Counted from the stretch's first letter, positions 20,007-30,033 are shown. The stretch: 64,000 nucleotides of DNA from Candidatus Poribacteria bacterium (GCA_965116925.1 OZ220744.1:4128001-4192000), one strand, 5' to 3'. A program made the numbers and translations. The notes: generated from the sequence alone by a model not told the origin.

Positions 20007-20058
20007 GCATGTGGTAGTATGTCAAAAACCAACTATTCGCTTTAAGGAGGTTATCCTC

Positions 20059-21669
20059 ATGAAATCTCACCACAAGTACCGCTTCTGGTTCGTTTCTGTA
20101 TTGGTCCATTTATGCCTTGCGATTGTCTTCAGTGTCGCCATCATCAATCAAACGACTCCGAGTGATGTTGATACTTTAGAAGTGAGTATTCTACAAGTTA
20201 AACCGGTGCCGCTTGTAAAGAAAACACCCCGTATAGAGGCACCTATTGTCACGCCGACACCAGTGCCTAAGTTTCAAATTGAACCTCAGTCAACGTCAGT
20301 ACAGACCCGAACGCTCACAACCCGTCAGGTGAGATCTACGTCCGTATCTGTACCGAAAGCCGCAGCGGTGGATGCCCCGGTATCTCAGTCTCCGGCACAA
20401 TCTGTGCGTGCAGAAATTTCTGTCCAAAGCGCATCTCAGGTCAATGACCGTCCCGCTCAATCACTTGCCACTGCTGTTGATCTCCCTGTTCAGTCGGATG
20501 CCCCGTTAGCGGCAGGATTGAGCGAGGGGAGTTCGCTCTCTGGCGCAGGCAGTCTTGGCGGAGGTAGTGGTAGTGGGGTTGGACGGGGTTCCTTCGGTTT
20601 AGGAGGTGGTGTGAGCCAAACCCCGACTAGAGGAGGAACGGGTTTAAGTTCGCTGGTCGGTGCTGAAGGCGCGTCTAACATAGACGACACACTTGCCAAC
20701 GTTACCGAAAAGGTAACGCTAGGGGGTGGTGTGCCTGAGCTTCCTGCTGGCAGTCCTGGTGCTATAGTTGTGGGTCGCGGTCGAGATATCATGGGTCGCT
20801 TAAACCTTGCTCGTTTTGAAGATCCGCTTCACCCAAGCGCAGATATATGAGGCAGCGGCGTCGGAAATTTCCGATTTGGGGCAGGTCTGTCCTATTTAGT
20901 ACAATCACTGAATCAAAAGACTAAAATCAAGACCCAACTTGTTGAAGCGGTCCACCTGAAAGATGCATCGTTCTTTCAGACACCGATTCTTTTTATGGAA
21001 CCGATACCCGGCGGCTCAAAGGTAACTCCAGAACATCGGAAGAGAGTGTACAATTCCCACAGGATTCCGATCTGGAATACTGCGCGTCCGGGTGGATTAA
21101 GTAAGTACACTGACGCTGAAGTCCAAAGATTGCGAGAATATGTGATCAATCGTGGCGGATTCCTCTATCTAGCAACGCACGGGAATGCGGATAACGCAAT
21201 GAAAGGGACAAGAAAGGTGCTGCGGGACCTCCTGCCAGAGCATCACCTCGGCTTTGTTCCAAATGATCACTCGATTTACAACGCCTATTACTCGCTAAAC
21301 GGTCCTTTGCGTTTTCCCCTGCGCACTATTGGGACTATCGGACATCTCATCCCTCTTCACTTTGGTCCCTATTCCGAATTGCAAGGTATCACGATTGATG
21401 GTCGTCTTGCTGTGTTAGTAGATACCGAGCAGATGATGCATGTGATTGATGGCAAAGTTCAAAGACCTTTCTACGGCAAGTTCCAAAATCAGAATCAGAT
21501 TTTAGAGGAGTTTGCACCCCACGCGGCGCGGCACCTAATCAATGTTGTCGTTTATGCTATCACACATGGGAACATTTCGGATTATAGCAACTACGTTCCT
21601 GAAACACTTAAAAACTCTGGTGATGATAGTTATCGTAAAAAAGCCCCAGTTGTCACACAGAAATTGTAA
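20059..21669 (+). CDS. Membrane-anchored DUF4159-like protein, probable selenoprotein (Sec codon TGA 20848-20850, codon 264 of 536)
   Basis: AAGGAGG SD; the two ORF-track halves share a frame and are joined by 48 open codons; the TGA aligns with Cys in the 17424 paralog. Confidence 0.85.
20851..20894 (+). promoter_or_regulatory. Candidate bacterial SECIS element
   Basis: TGGGGCAG-GT-CTGTCCTA hairpin with apical GU about 35 nt after the UGA, preceded by a TCGGAAATTTCCGA palindrome. Confidence 0.7.
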
Positions 21670-21801
21670 GTTGCTGTTCAAACGTCAAACAAGGTTAGGG
21701 AAAAATTGAAAGAGTTGCACGATTTGTCAACAGGCGAATTTTGAAAGGAGGAAGCGGTATGTTTATCTAGCACTATTGAATAAACATACGCACAAATTGT
21801 T

Positions 21802-23484
21802 ATGATGAATTTAATCCGTTATACTTATCCCATTTTTTTTGGTGTATTTCTGTTCGCCTTTTTTATCGGTTGTGGTGATGATGATGACGAGGTTGTTGAC
21901 GTAGGTCCTGCGGTCGTATCAACGCCGGAGGGCGTGGTCAAAGGTACGATTGTAGATTTGGTAACAGAGCAGGGGATTGCGGGCATCCAAGTGACGTTGT
22001 CGTCGTCGAAAAAGTTACCGGGGGGAGATTTTGAACAGGAATCGATAGCGTCAGTCACGACGGATGGGAGTGGCAACTTCGTATTTGGCGAGTTGAAATC
22101 AGGCGAATATATAGTGAAGCTGAATGCCCCGGGTTACTTGGACCAACAAGCGTCGGTAACGGTGACACGTAAAGAGTCAGCGACGGTTCATTTTCGCCTT
22201 GAACCGGGTGTGAGGTTTAAGGGTACAGTCGTATCGGACGATGGAAATGCAGTCTCCAATGTTCTCATCACTCTGGGTGACCGTGCGTCGGTGACCAAGG
22301 GTGGTGGTCAATATGAGATATCGCCTGTATCGAAGGGCGTGTACAACTTGACAGCGGAAAAGCCGGGTTATCAGACGACGCATATACCGGGTCTAGTTGT
22401 AGGTGATAATGATATTTCCCAAAAGGTCACGATTCGTCGTCAAGTAAGGGGTCAGATAGTTTTCGCTCGTGGTGATGTAGCGGGCAAGGACTTTTTTGGT
22501 ATTTCAGTGATAAATGCGGACCGTACGGGTGAGAAGCCGCTGACGCACCTATTCGACGTTAATCCGTCGTGGTCGCCGGGTGGCAATGAAATAGTGTTTA
22601 GTCGTTCAGAAGCCAACCGTCCGTTCCAAATCTATATAATGGACAGCGGTGGTGGGAACGCCAGACCCATCAGTGGGGATCACTTCAATGATAGACATCC
22701 AGCGTGGTCACCCGATGGTCGTCGTCTAGCGTTTGTTCATGCACGTGCGTTGGGTCAACCTGCGGTTTACACGATGGATTCAAATGGAGACAATCGTGTT
22801 CGTCTTGCGGATTGCCATGCGGATTCCCGTCCAGCGTGGTCACCCGACGGTAGTCAGCTTATCTATAACCATGCGCTTAAGGAAGGGATTCGTAATCTTT
22901 TTGTGTTGGACATAGAGACATTTCTCGCCGCCAAGGAGGCACCTCCTACCCAAGTCATACCAGAACCGGAACCAGAACCGGAACCAGAGATAGTGCCGGA
23001 ACCAGAACCAGACCCTGAACCAGAGGTAGAACAAAAGCCGGAACCGGAGCCAGACCCGCATCAAACGCCGGATGGGGAGAAAGATAAACAGGAAGGTGAG
23101 GGTGATCCGCCTCAAGCACCGAGTGCCGATCCACCAGCCATAGAAGAGGGTATTCACCGTTTGACAACGAGTACGCACCACGATATCCACCCGGATTGGA
23201 GTCCAGATGGTTCAAAATTGGTGTTTACCAAGGAGAGTGCGCCGCTGAACGCTGCGGTGTATGTTCTGGATCTGTTTTCGCTGGTTCAGACCCGGTTGAC
23301 GGGTGAGGAGGGTTACAACGGGTATCCGTGTTGGTCTACCGATGGGACAAAGATAATCTTCAGCAGTAACCGCAACGGTAGTTTGGGTATCTGGATGATG
23401 GATGCCGATGGTAGTAATACCGCCCTTATTTTTGATGAATTGGGACAGGATGATATTATCAGCCAGCAGGCATGGCGTGAGTAA
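21802..23484 (+). CDS. Lipoprotein with carboxypeptidase-regulatory-like domains, TolB-like PD40 propeller and (PE)n insert, copy 1
   Basis: Lipobox FFIGC; G.V.D..T and APGY/KPGY beta-sandwich motifs; PxWSPDG repeats. Confidence 0.88.
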   Translation: MMNLIRYTYPIFFGVFLFAFFIGCGDDDDEVVDVGPAVVSTPEGVVKGTIVDLVTEQGIAGIQVTLSSSKKLPGGDFEQESIASVTTDGSGNFVFGELKSGEYIVKLNAPGYLDQQASVTVTRKESATVHFRLEPGVRFKGTVVSDDGNAVSNVLITLGDRASVTKGGGQYEISPVSKGVYNLTAEKPGYQTTHIPGLVVGDNDISQKVTIRRQVRGQIVFARGDVAGKDFFGISVINADRTGEKPLTHLFDVNPSWSPGGNEIVFSRSEANRPFQIYIMDSGGGNARPISGDHFNDRHPAWSPDGRRLAFVHARALGQPAVYTMDSNGDNRVRLADCHADSRPAWSPDGSQLIYNHALKEGIRNLFVLDIETFLAAKEAPPTQVIPEPEPEPEPEIVPEPEPDPEPEVEQKPEPEPDPHQTPDGEKDKQEGEGDPPQAPSADPPAIEEGIHRLTTSTHHDIHPDWSPDGSKLVFTKESAPLNAAVYVLDLFSLVQTRLTGEEGYNGYPCWSTDGTKIIFSSNRNGSLGIWMMDADGSNTALIFDELGQDDIISQQAWRE

Positions 23485-23529
23485 AAGGCAAATCCCATAT
23501 CTGAAACAACAACATTAGCTTTCAAACCG

Positions 23530-23556
23530 AAGCGTCGCTGTTTAGCGGCGCTTTTT
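23530..23556 (+). terminator. Intrinsic terminator
   Basis: AAGCGTCGCT-GTTT-AGCGGCGCTT followed by a T run. Confidence 0.75.
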
Positions 23557-23769
23557 GGGTTTTATGGCAATCCAATCTAGCGACCCGTAGCACCTTAATC
23601 AAAGGATAAGCCCAATTCAAGGCGTATCATCATTTCACTTACACAAGGGTTTCTTGGAAAATTGGTAGACCACCTTCCTTTGCTCAACACGTTAGGCAAA
23701 TCAACTTTTATCCATTGAGGAACGTTCAGGGAAATACTGTACAGCACTTGGGACATTGTTCATTGTGCA

Positions 23770-23798
23770 TTGACAAATCTACAGCATTTTGGGATAAT
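23770..23798 (+). promoter_or_regulatory. Candidate sigma70 promoter
   Basis: TTGACA-N17-GATAAT. Confidence 0.5.
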
Positions 23799-23838
23799 CT
23801 TCTATCTTTGATTGATCGACTAAGAGGAGGTTACCGTA

Positions 23839-24531
23839 ATGCAAACACCCGATTTTGCTAGGACAGATTTCAGCCAGTTGGTGGATAAGGATCTGCAATT
23901 CCTGATTGAGAGTTTCCCCAAGCCGGGGCGGAGCTATGAAGAGATTGCTCAGTTGATCCATCATCTACCGAGAACGCTTGAATCTATGCTAAACAGTGAA
24001 TCCTTGTTCAACAAGATCCGCGATCGAAGTCTGCTGATATTGGAGATTTCACCGTTTCTATTCTTCAGTGTACTCCTGCGTCGCAGCTTAATGGACCAGA
24101 GAATCATAGGGGATAAGAAGGTAATCAACTATATCGCGAATCTCCTCAGTCTGTTCGTTAGGACAGATCGATTGTATCGCGTCCATCGACATGATAAACA
24201 GACCCATCACTATCTGACGGACATGGCTCAAGAGGCAGCAAACGCAGATACCCGCCGGCAGTTCCTCATCTACTCCCATATTGGCAATTACTCACTTTAT
24301 ACTACAGGCATCTTTCCACAGTGGATCGAATATCGTCGTCGGTATAAAAACCGTCCGGTGAATACACAATTTTATGTCGATTTTGGGCGCGAATACTATG
24401 AACGAGCCTCATCACATACGATGGCACGGGAATATGATCTCGGTGAAGTCTTTTTTCGTCTGTCGATTATGTTTGAAGTCTATAAAGAAGCACTTAATCA
24501 TCTCGCAAAACAGTATTTAGTTTTGTCGTAA
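23839..24531 (+). CDS. Hypothetical protein
   Basis: GAGGAGG SD; 230-aa ORF, family not named. Confidence 0.75.
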   Translation: MQTPDFARTDFSQLVDKDLQFLIESFPKPGRSYEEIAQLIHHLPRTLESMLNSESLFNKIRDRSLLILEISPFLFFSVLLRRSLMDQRIIGDKKVINYIANLLSLFVRTDRLYRVHRHDKQTHHYLTDMAQEAANADTRRQFLIYSHIGNYSLYTTGIFPQWIEYRRRYKNRPVNTQFYVDFGREYYERASSHTMAREYDLGEVFFRLSIMFEVYKEALNHLAKQYLVLS

Positions 24532-24596
24532 ATGAGGAAGACGAACAAATTGGGAAACGGGAAAGAGCGGAACGAAAGGCAGGAGGTATAACAAGC

Positions 24597-25478
24597 ATGG
24601 ATAAGGTAGATGTACACGTGCACGTGTTCGCCAAGTTGAGCGACGTATACCCGCGCGGCGTCAGTGGCTTGGCACCGGCGGACAAAGAAGCCACCGCCGA
24701 ACAATTGCTGAGGGAGATGGACGCGGCGGATATCGCCAAGACGGTGTTGATTGATATGGGAGGCACTCGAATCGAGGAGCATAGGTATGTAACCCACTGC
24801 GTCCAGAAGTGGCCCGACCGCTTTACTGCTACTGGACTAGTGGATGCAGACGATCCAGATCCGCCCACGCGCCTGAAGGAGTTGGTCGAAGCTACCGGCA
24901 TTGAAGGCATCCGAATCGGCGATCTCGGCGATCCGAATGCCACACGTGTCGAGGCTCTGAAGGCTTACCCTCTGTTTCAGTGTGCGGACGAGTTGGGCGT
25001 CAATATTAATATCTATACAGGTAGTGCCAACATCGACTGTGTTGAGATGTTGGCGACTGCCTTCCCCAACCTCAACATCTCTCTGGATCACCTCGGTGTG
25101 ATGCCAAGTACCCCTAGCGTAGTAGACCGCTGGGGCCGTCCCCGCTTTGACGATGAGCCGTTGCCACCTGCAACCTATCCACGGGTTATCGACATGGCAC
25201 GATTCCCCAATGTGTACATTAAAGTTTCGGGAGAATACGCTTTTTCCAAGAAGCCTTGGCCCTACGAAGACATGCAACCGATGGTCAGGGGGATCTACCA
25301 AGCCTATGGACCCGATCGTATGATGTGGTGCACAGACTCTCCGTGGATCCTTGAAGAGCCGGGCTACCAGAAACTGGTAGATCTAATCGACTTTCATCTG
25401 CCTTCCCTCAGCAAGGGCGAAAAAGACAAAATCATGGGGGGGACGGCACTGAAGATTTGGTTCAAAAGGGAGAATTGA
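24597..25478 (+). CDS. Amidohydrolase family protein (Amidohydro_2-like)
   Basis: DVHVH, LDHLG, PNVYIKVSG and RMMW.TD.P motifs. Confidence 0.9.
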   Translation: MDKVDVHVHVFAKLSDVYPRGVSGLAPADKEATAEQLLREMDAADIAKTVLIDMGGTRIEEHRYVTHCVQKWPDRFTATGLVDADDPDPPTRLKELVEATGIEGIRIGDLGDPNATRVEALKAYPLFQCADELGVNINIYTGSANIDCVEMLATAFPNLNISLDHLGVMPSTPSVVDRWGRPRFDDEPLPPATYPRVIDMARFPNVYIKVSGEYAFSKKPWPYEDMQPMVRGIYQAYGPDRMMWCTDSPWILEEPGYQKLVDLIDFHLPSLSKGEKDKIMGGTALKIWFKREN

Positions 25479-25646
25479 GGCGGAACGATAAGATCAGTCG
25501 AGGGGCTTGGGCTCTCATGTAACGGAGCCGGTTCGTCGGAGGGCACGGAGCTCCCTCAACGAACCGGGGGGATCTGTATTGACGTACTCCCAAACCTAAA
25601 GGATTGGGATTTAGACCTAAAGGGTTTTTCGTTAAGTGTATAGGTC

Positions 25647-26447
25647 CTATGTGAGCAATTCCCTAGGGATACGAGAGCCAGTATATTCTACGTTTGCATC
25701 GCGGTTGGCAATGATTTCAGGAATATCGTCCTCCCAATTGTCGGGAATTGTCATGGGACGCTTATGCCACGCTAAGATCAGGGTTCGTCGCTCGTCTGTC
25801 AGGTTCCTGTGTGCCGAGTGCAGGACGCGGGCATCCGCCAAGACGAGTGCCCCTGCTTTAGCGAAGACATTTACCTGATCCGGATGATCACTGAACATGA
25901 TCGGATGGTCCTCCTCAACAAACCGAGCTCCTTGTTCGTGGGCTGGAACCAGTTGATCATGCAGTGGAATCCGATTAAGATGGGTGCCGGGGATAATCTT
26001 GAGACAGCCGTTTTCAACGGTTGTATCGGTTAAGTAGTAGGACACGAACATGGTCTGGGGCCATGGCGAACAACTCATTGGATCGTTCCATAGCATCCAA
26101 TCTTGGTGCCAATAGAGCGCAGGTTCCTCAGGATCCTTAGTAAGGATGATAATCCCTCCGGTACTCTCGAAGTCCCCAAAGCCCATCTGCTCAAGTGCTA
26201 CGCGTGACGGTTGCCAATCCAACAGTTTCTGGATAATTGGGTTGTCCACACCCCGCACACCTACATGTTGCCCTTGATACCTCACGTCAGGTGGTGGTTC
26301 ATGCCCGGCGATCAAGCGTTCTGATTCTTCTCGCAGTTCCTGTAAAAAATCTTCAGTTAAGACGTCATCTACCACACAGTAGCCATCGCGTATCACCTGT
26401 TCTCGCTTTTGCAGTGCTACCTCTGGTGTCATACTGTTCTCCTTCAT
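25647..26447 (-). CDS. Phytanoyl-CoA dioxygenase (PhyH) family
   Basis: WHQD, NGCL.IIPGTH and H...N...R motifs. Confidence 0.9.
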   Translation of the reverse strand: MKENSMTPEVALQKREQVIRDGYCVVDDVLTEDFLQELREESERLIAGHEPPPDVRYQGQHVGVRGVDNPIIQKLLDWQPSRVALEQMGFGDFESTGGIIILTKDPEEPALYWHQDWMLWNDPMSCSPWPQTMFVSYYLTDTTVENGCLKIIPGTHLNRIPLHDQLVPAHEQGARFVEEDHPIMFSDHPDQVNVFAKAGALVLADARVLHSAHRNLTDERRTLILAWHKRPMTIPDNWEDDIPEIIANRDANVEYTGSRIPRELLT

Positions 26448-26511
26448 ACTATCTTTGCTTTAATCAACAGAAATATCCTTCCATTACCATAGCCATCGTA
26501 AAACATAAAAT

Positions 26512-27705
26512 TCAAGCCCGTCCGTGATGCGACTCAGCCGGCGCACGATACTTCACCCCCAGATGCGGGGTTTCCAGACGCTGATGGTCTTGTATCCGCG
26601 AAGTGAGGCAACTCTCTAGCATCCCACTGACAATCAGAGTGCGTTCTGCCGGGTAAGGCGCGCCCCCGGTCATAATCATCTCCACAATTTTGGCAACTAG
26701 GCAGGCGGAGTAGGTCACGTTGGGTGTCGGTGGTAGAAAAAATTGCGTGGATACCGGGTCCGGTACACCCTTCAGTTTTGCAGCGAAGCAGTAGTCTCTG
26801 ATTGCACCGTTGAGCATGAGTAGTGTGGTTTGGAGTCCATCGTTGCGTTCGATAAGATAGGCTGCTGGATTTTCGACCAGCTTTTGGAGTTCGCCGCTGC
26901 GGAGCAGATCTTGAGTTCGACCATCTTCTTCCGTCAGTCCACAAGGGCTGTCGCATCGAGAGAGAGCTGATTCCAAAAGTTCTTTTGACCAACGCCCTGT
27001 CTCGCCAGCCTTCCAGACCGCCTCCCCCTCTATTAATTGAACCGCCTTGACCCCGGTTTCACCACCTTTGCGGCGTTCAACCATACACTGCATGGCTTCG
27101 AGTGCGTGATAATCCATCGGATCGGAACCGCCGACCCCTATCATCAAGGCACTCTCAATCTCGCACTCCAACGGCAATTCGACATCTGGCAGACGCCAAG
27201 TTACTGGCAGAGACGATCCGGCGAGAATCGGAAATCCCAAGCGATGCCCGTCGTCCACCATCTCCTGCGCCTTCTCAAAACTGTAGGAGAGATGTTTGTC
27301 ATTGTAGATCGGTACAGCGCGACCGTCCTCCTCAAAGACTTTGACGCACTCCTTGAAAAATTCGTAGCGTGGATAGAGAACTTGACCTTTCTCATTTCTT
27401 GGATATTCACCATGTTCACCAATCAGTAACACAGCATCGACAGCGAGTTTCTCTCCACCACAGCGCAACGCCTCGGAGATCGTCGGGTATACGGAGAAAC
27501 CGAACTCACGGGCGCGGTCAGTAGATTGGTCTCCTCCAGGTCTCTGGTCAACGTAGAGGGAAACGATTTGGGTATCGGGGCGATGCCAGCGTCCCTCATA
27601 AGGGTAGCCGACCATAAGGCGGTCAGCAAAATGTTGGGCATGTGACAGGTAACGATAGATGGTAGCAAGTACAGCGATGCGTTTGACGGGCGGGTTGGGT
27701 GTCAT
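26512..27705 (-). CDS. Hypothetical protein, Gfo/Idh/MocA-like (paralog of 28006)
   Basis: VLLIGEHG.YP.NEKGQ, NDKHLS and HALE..QCMVERR shared with 28006. Confidence 0.75.
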   Translation of the reverse strand: MTPNPPVKRIAVLATIYRYLSHAQHFADRLMVGYPYEGRWHRPDTQIVSLYVDQRPGGDQSTDRAREFGFSVYPTISEALRCGGEKLAVDAVLLIGEHGEYPRNEKGQVLYPRYEFFKECVKVFEEDGRAVPIYNDKHLSYSFEKAQEMVDDGHRLGFPILAGSSLPVTWRLPDVELPLECEIESALMIGVGGSDPMDYHALEAMQCMVERRKGGETGVKAVQLIEGEAVWKAGETGRWSKELLESALSRCDSPCGLTEEDGRTQDLLRSGELQKLVENPAAYLIERNDGLQTTLLMLNGAIRDYCFAAKLKGVPDPVSTQFFLPPTPNVTYSACLVAKIVEMIMTGGAPYPAERTLIVSGMLESCLTSRIQDHQRLETPHLGVKYRAPAESHHGRA

Positions 27706-27708
27706 TTT

Positions 27709-27978
27709 TCATCGTTCTCCAGTATTATAGATTTTTCGATTTGTGCCACAAAATCTGAGGCACTTAATGGCATCTTGAACGGCTTGATTGATCTGCTGCT
27801 CGTTTAGCATATGCGTACGGAATCGCTCGATAATATCTTTCTTTTTTGTCGTGCGATCTAGATCGCTCTGTGCTGCGAGATAATTTCTCAACGCAAGTTG
27901 ATCGCTTTTAGGAAGCATCTCCACCAATACTTTGACATCTTCAAAGCGTGGATTTCCCGTGATGATAATTTGAGACAT
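27709..27978 (-). CDS. Small hypothetical protein
   Basis: GAGG SD; 89-aa ORF between the two paralogs. Confidence 0.45.
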   Translation of the reverse strand: MSQIIITGNPRFEDVKVLVEMLPKSDQLALRNYLAAQSDLDRTTKKKDIIERFRTHMLNEQQINQAVQDAIKCLRFCGTNRKIYNTGER

Positions 27979-28005
27979 AGTTTACTATCCTCTCATTCAT
28001 TTTGA

Positions 28006-29199
28006 TCATGTTCTCCAAAAAGTCGATTCTTCCGTCGGCTGATAAGAAATATTCAGGTGTGGTGTTTCCTGTCGTGTCTGATCCTGAAAAAGGCTCTCTA
28101 CACCAGCAGCGACCAACCCGGTAGTAAGCAGCGTGCGCTCGACTGGATAGGTCGCTACTCCGCTCAGGAACATCTGTTCAACATTGTTGACCAACGGTGA
28201 GAAGAAGTTGGCAAGGGTCGTGCGGGCTGGGGGCATCGGCAGGTACATCTGTGTGGACAGCGGAGCGTCTTGACCTTCGAGGCGAGCGGCGAAGTTGAAA
28301 TCTTGCACCAGTCCATTCATCAGAATCATCGTCGCTTTGAGCCCATCCAAATGCTCGTACTGGTAGGCAATTGGATCTTCCACCAGCTGCTTCATTTCGT
28401 CTAAGGTTGGAAAAATGTTGTTGAACCCCTGTCGTGAGGGGGTGAGGGTGTGACTGCGGCTGAGGGCGGCTTCAAACAGTTCACGCGACCACAGCTCCTC
28501 GTGATGCGCTTCCCAGAATTTGTCGCCGCGGTAGGCTTGCAGCCATTTGACACCTTTTTCGCCGCCTTCGCGGCGTTCCACCATGCACTGAATGGTCTCC
28601 AAGGCGTGGAAGTCGTAGCTGTCAACGCCACCGATCGCGATACATAGTGCCTCCCGGACGCGGGCACCCAACGGCATGTCGATGGACGGGGTGCGCCAAG
28701 TCACCGGCAGGGACGATCCCGACATGAACGCAAAGTCCATCTCTTGAGAGATGTCGTACATCTCTTTTGCCCAATCCCAGTTCCAAGAGAGATGCTTGTC
28801 GTTGAAAATGGGTGCAGTTTTACCGGTAGTTTTGTAGACCGAGACAACCTGCATGAAAAGTTCGTAGCGTGGGTAGAGATGCTGCCCCTTTTCGTTGGTG
28901 GGATAGCTGCCGTGCTCGCCGATTAGTAGGACTCCATCAACGGCAAGGTCGCTGCCTCCCAGAGTTAGGGTGTCGGCAACGGTCGGATAGATTTTCATTT
29001 GAGGAAAGCGTTCTGCACGATCACAGCTCAGATCACTTTCAGGTCGCTGATCAACGTAGAGTGAGACCAGATCCATCGGCGGATGGTGGTGCCGACCGTT
29101 CCAGCCGTATCCCTCCAAGAAGCGATCAACGATGTGCTGACCGTGGGAATACTTGCGATACTCTGTGACGATTGCCGCAATTTTGGGGCGTTTGGTCAT
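28006..29199 (-). CDS. Hypothetical protein, Gfo/Idh/MocA-like (paralog of 26512)
   Basis: Same motifs as 26512. Confidence 0.75.
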   Translation of the reverse strand: MTKRPKIAAIVTEYRKYSHGQHIVDRFLEGYGWNGRHHHPPMDLVSLYVDQRPESDLSCDRAERFPQMKIYPTVADTLTLGGSDLAVDGVLLIGEHGSYPTNEKGQHLYPRYELFMQVVSVYKTTGKTAPIFNDKHLSWNWDWAKEMYDISQEMDFAFMSGSSLPVTWRTPSIDMPLGARVREALCIAIGGVDSYDFHALETIQCMVERREGGEKGVKWLQAYRGDKFWEAHHEELWSRELFEAALSRSHTLTPSRQGFNNIFPTLDEMKQLVEDPIAYQYEHLDGLKATMILMNGLVQDFNFAARLEGQDAPLSTQMYLPMPPARTTLANFFSPLVNNVEQMFLSGVATYPVERTLLTTGLVAAGVESLFQDQTRQETPHLNISYQPTEESTFWRT

Positions 29200-29291
29200 C
29201 GTGTGAATATCCTTTTATAAAATACCGACTTTCGTCGGGCATTAGCCAACGTAATTCCAAAATGACACCAGATCGGTTGTCAGACAGCTAA

Positions 29292-29402
29292 CTAAGTATG
29301 AAAAATAATCAATGCTCGGTCTATCTCAATAAAATCGTACGTTGTAAATGCTTCTACAATTTGCTCAATATAGCGGCAGTGGGCATCTACTAAAAACTTC
29401 AT
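29292..29402 (-). pseudogene. Internally deleted DUF5615 PIN-like toxin
   Basis: MKFLVDAH joined directly to IVEAFTTYDFIEIDR..IIFH (36 aa); ATGA overlap with the DUF433 stop. Confidence 0.7.
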
Positions 29403-29680
29403 ATCATGGTAGCCTGCATTCGTTGAACCTGAGTCAGGCGTGCTGCAAATGCCAAAGCTGCTAGGATATCGTTACGCTCTAAGTCGTCATAGTCTGCCAA
29501 AATTTCGTCGATGGTCATTTCTGCACTCAACAGTTCTAGTATCAACTCAACAGGATAGCGCAATCCACGTATGCACGGCTTGCCATGACAGATTTCAGGG
29601 TCTATTGTTATACGGTCCGCAAGCATTTCAAACGAACCTATTTTGTATGTGCTCATCGGGATCCTTTGATTTACTTTCAT
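29399..29680 (-). CDS. DUF433 family antitoxin
   Basis: RITIDPEICHGKPCIRGLRYPV...EILADY..L...DI.AAL; true start may be a downstream Met. Confidence 0.9.
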   Translation of the reverse strand: MKVNQRIPMSTYKIGSFEMLADRITIDPEICHGKPCIRGLRYPVELILELLSAEMTIDEILADYDDLERNDILAALAFAARLTQVQRMQATMI

Positions 29681-29710
29681 TTGAACTGTGATAGTAGATT
29701 TTAGAATTAA

Positions 29711-30007
29711 TTAGACACTTGTGATATGGCCAACGAGATATTCGCGCTGCTGAGGGTCATAGGTTACCACCCTTTGATCTTTCTCAAGAGTAAAACGGAA
29801 TCTGTAAATCATGGATATAGCAAGTCTCGCTTTAACCGGTTTTTCATCAGGATACGCATAATTATATAGCTCACTAATTTCTTCTTCAGAGTTTACCGCA
29901 CTTAAATCACCAATTTTATGCCAGCCAATCGCAACGAACCCACGGGCAAATTCGTCAATGAGGTATCCGTCCTCTCCAGCACGAACCAGCCACTTTATTT
30001 CTCCCAT
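29711..30007 (-). pseudogene. Truncated N-terminus of an Mrr-type restriction endonuclease-like gene
   Basis: WLVRAG...VAIGW..GDLS motif; the ORF stops inside a family B element end (29691-29718). Confidence 0.65.
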
Positions 30008-30033
30008 AATCGTTTACCTTTGTTCTATTTATA

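Noticed and set aside
20848..20850. TGA as a general sense codon (alternative genetic code)
   Set aside because: Many genes end in TGA at natural termini. For example, the lipoprotein at 39024 ends AWRE-TGA where its paralogs end AWRE-TAA, so any recoding is site-specific.
20011..21669. Two separate genes or a nonsense pseudogene, as in the ORF track
   Set aside because: Same frame, a conserved coding linker, no SD before 20995, the same TGA in a diverged copy, Cys in a third copy, and a SECIS-like hairpin
25580..25612. TTGAC followed by a CCCAAACCTAAAGGATTGGG hairpin, resembling an IS605 end
   Set aside because: Solitary, with no partner end found; too little to call
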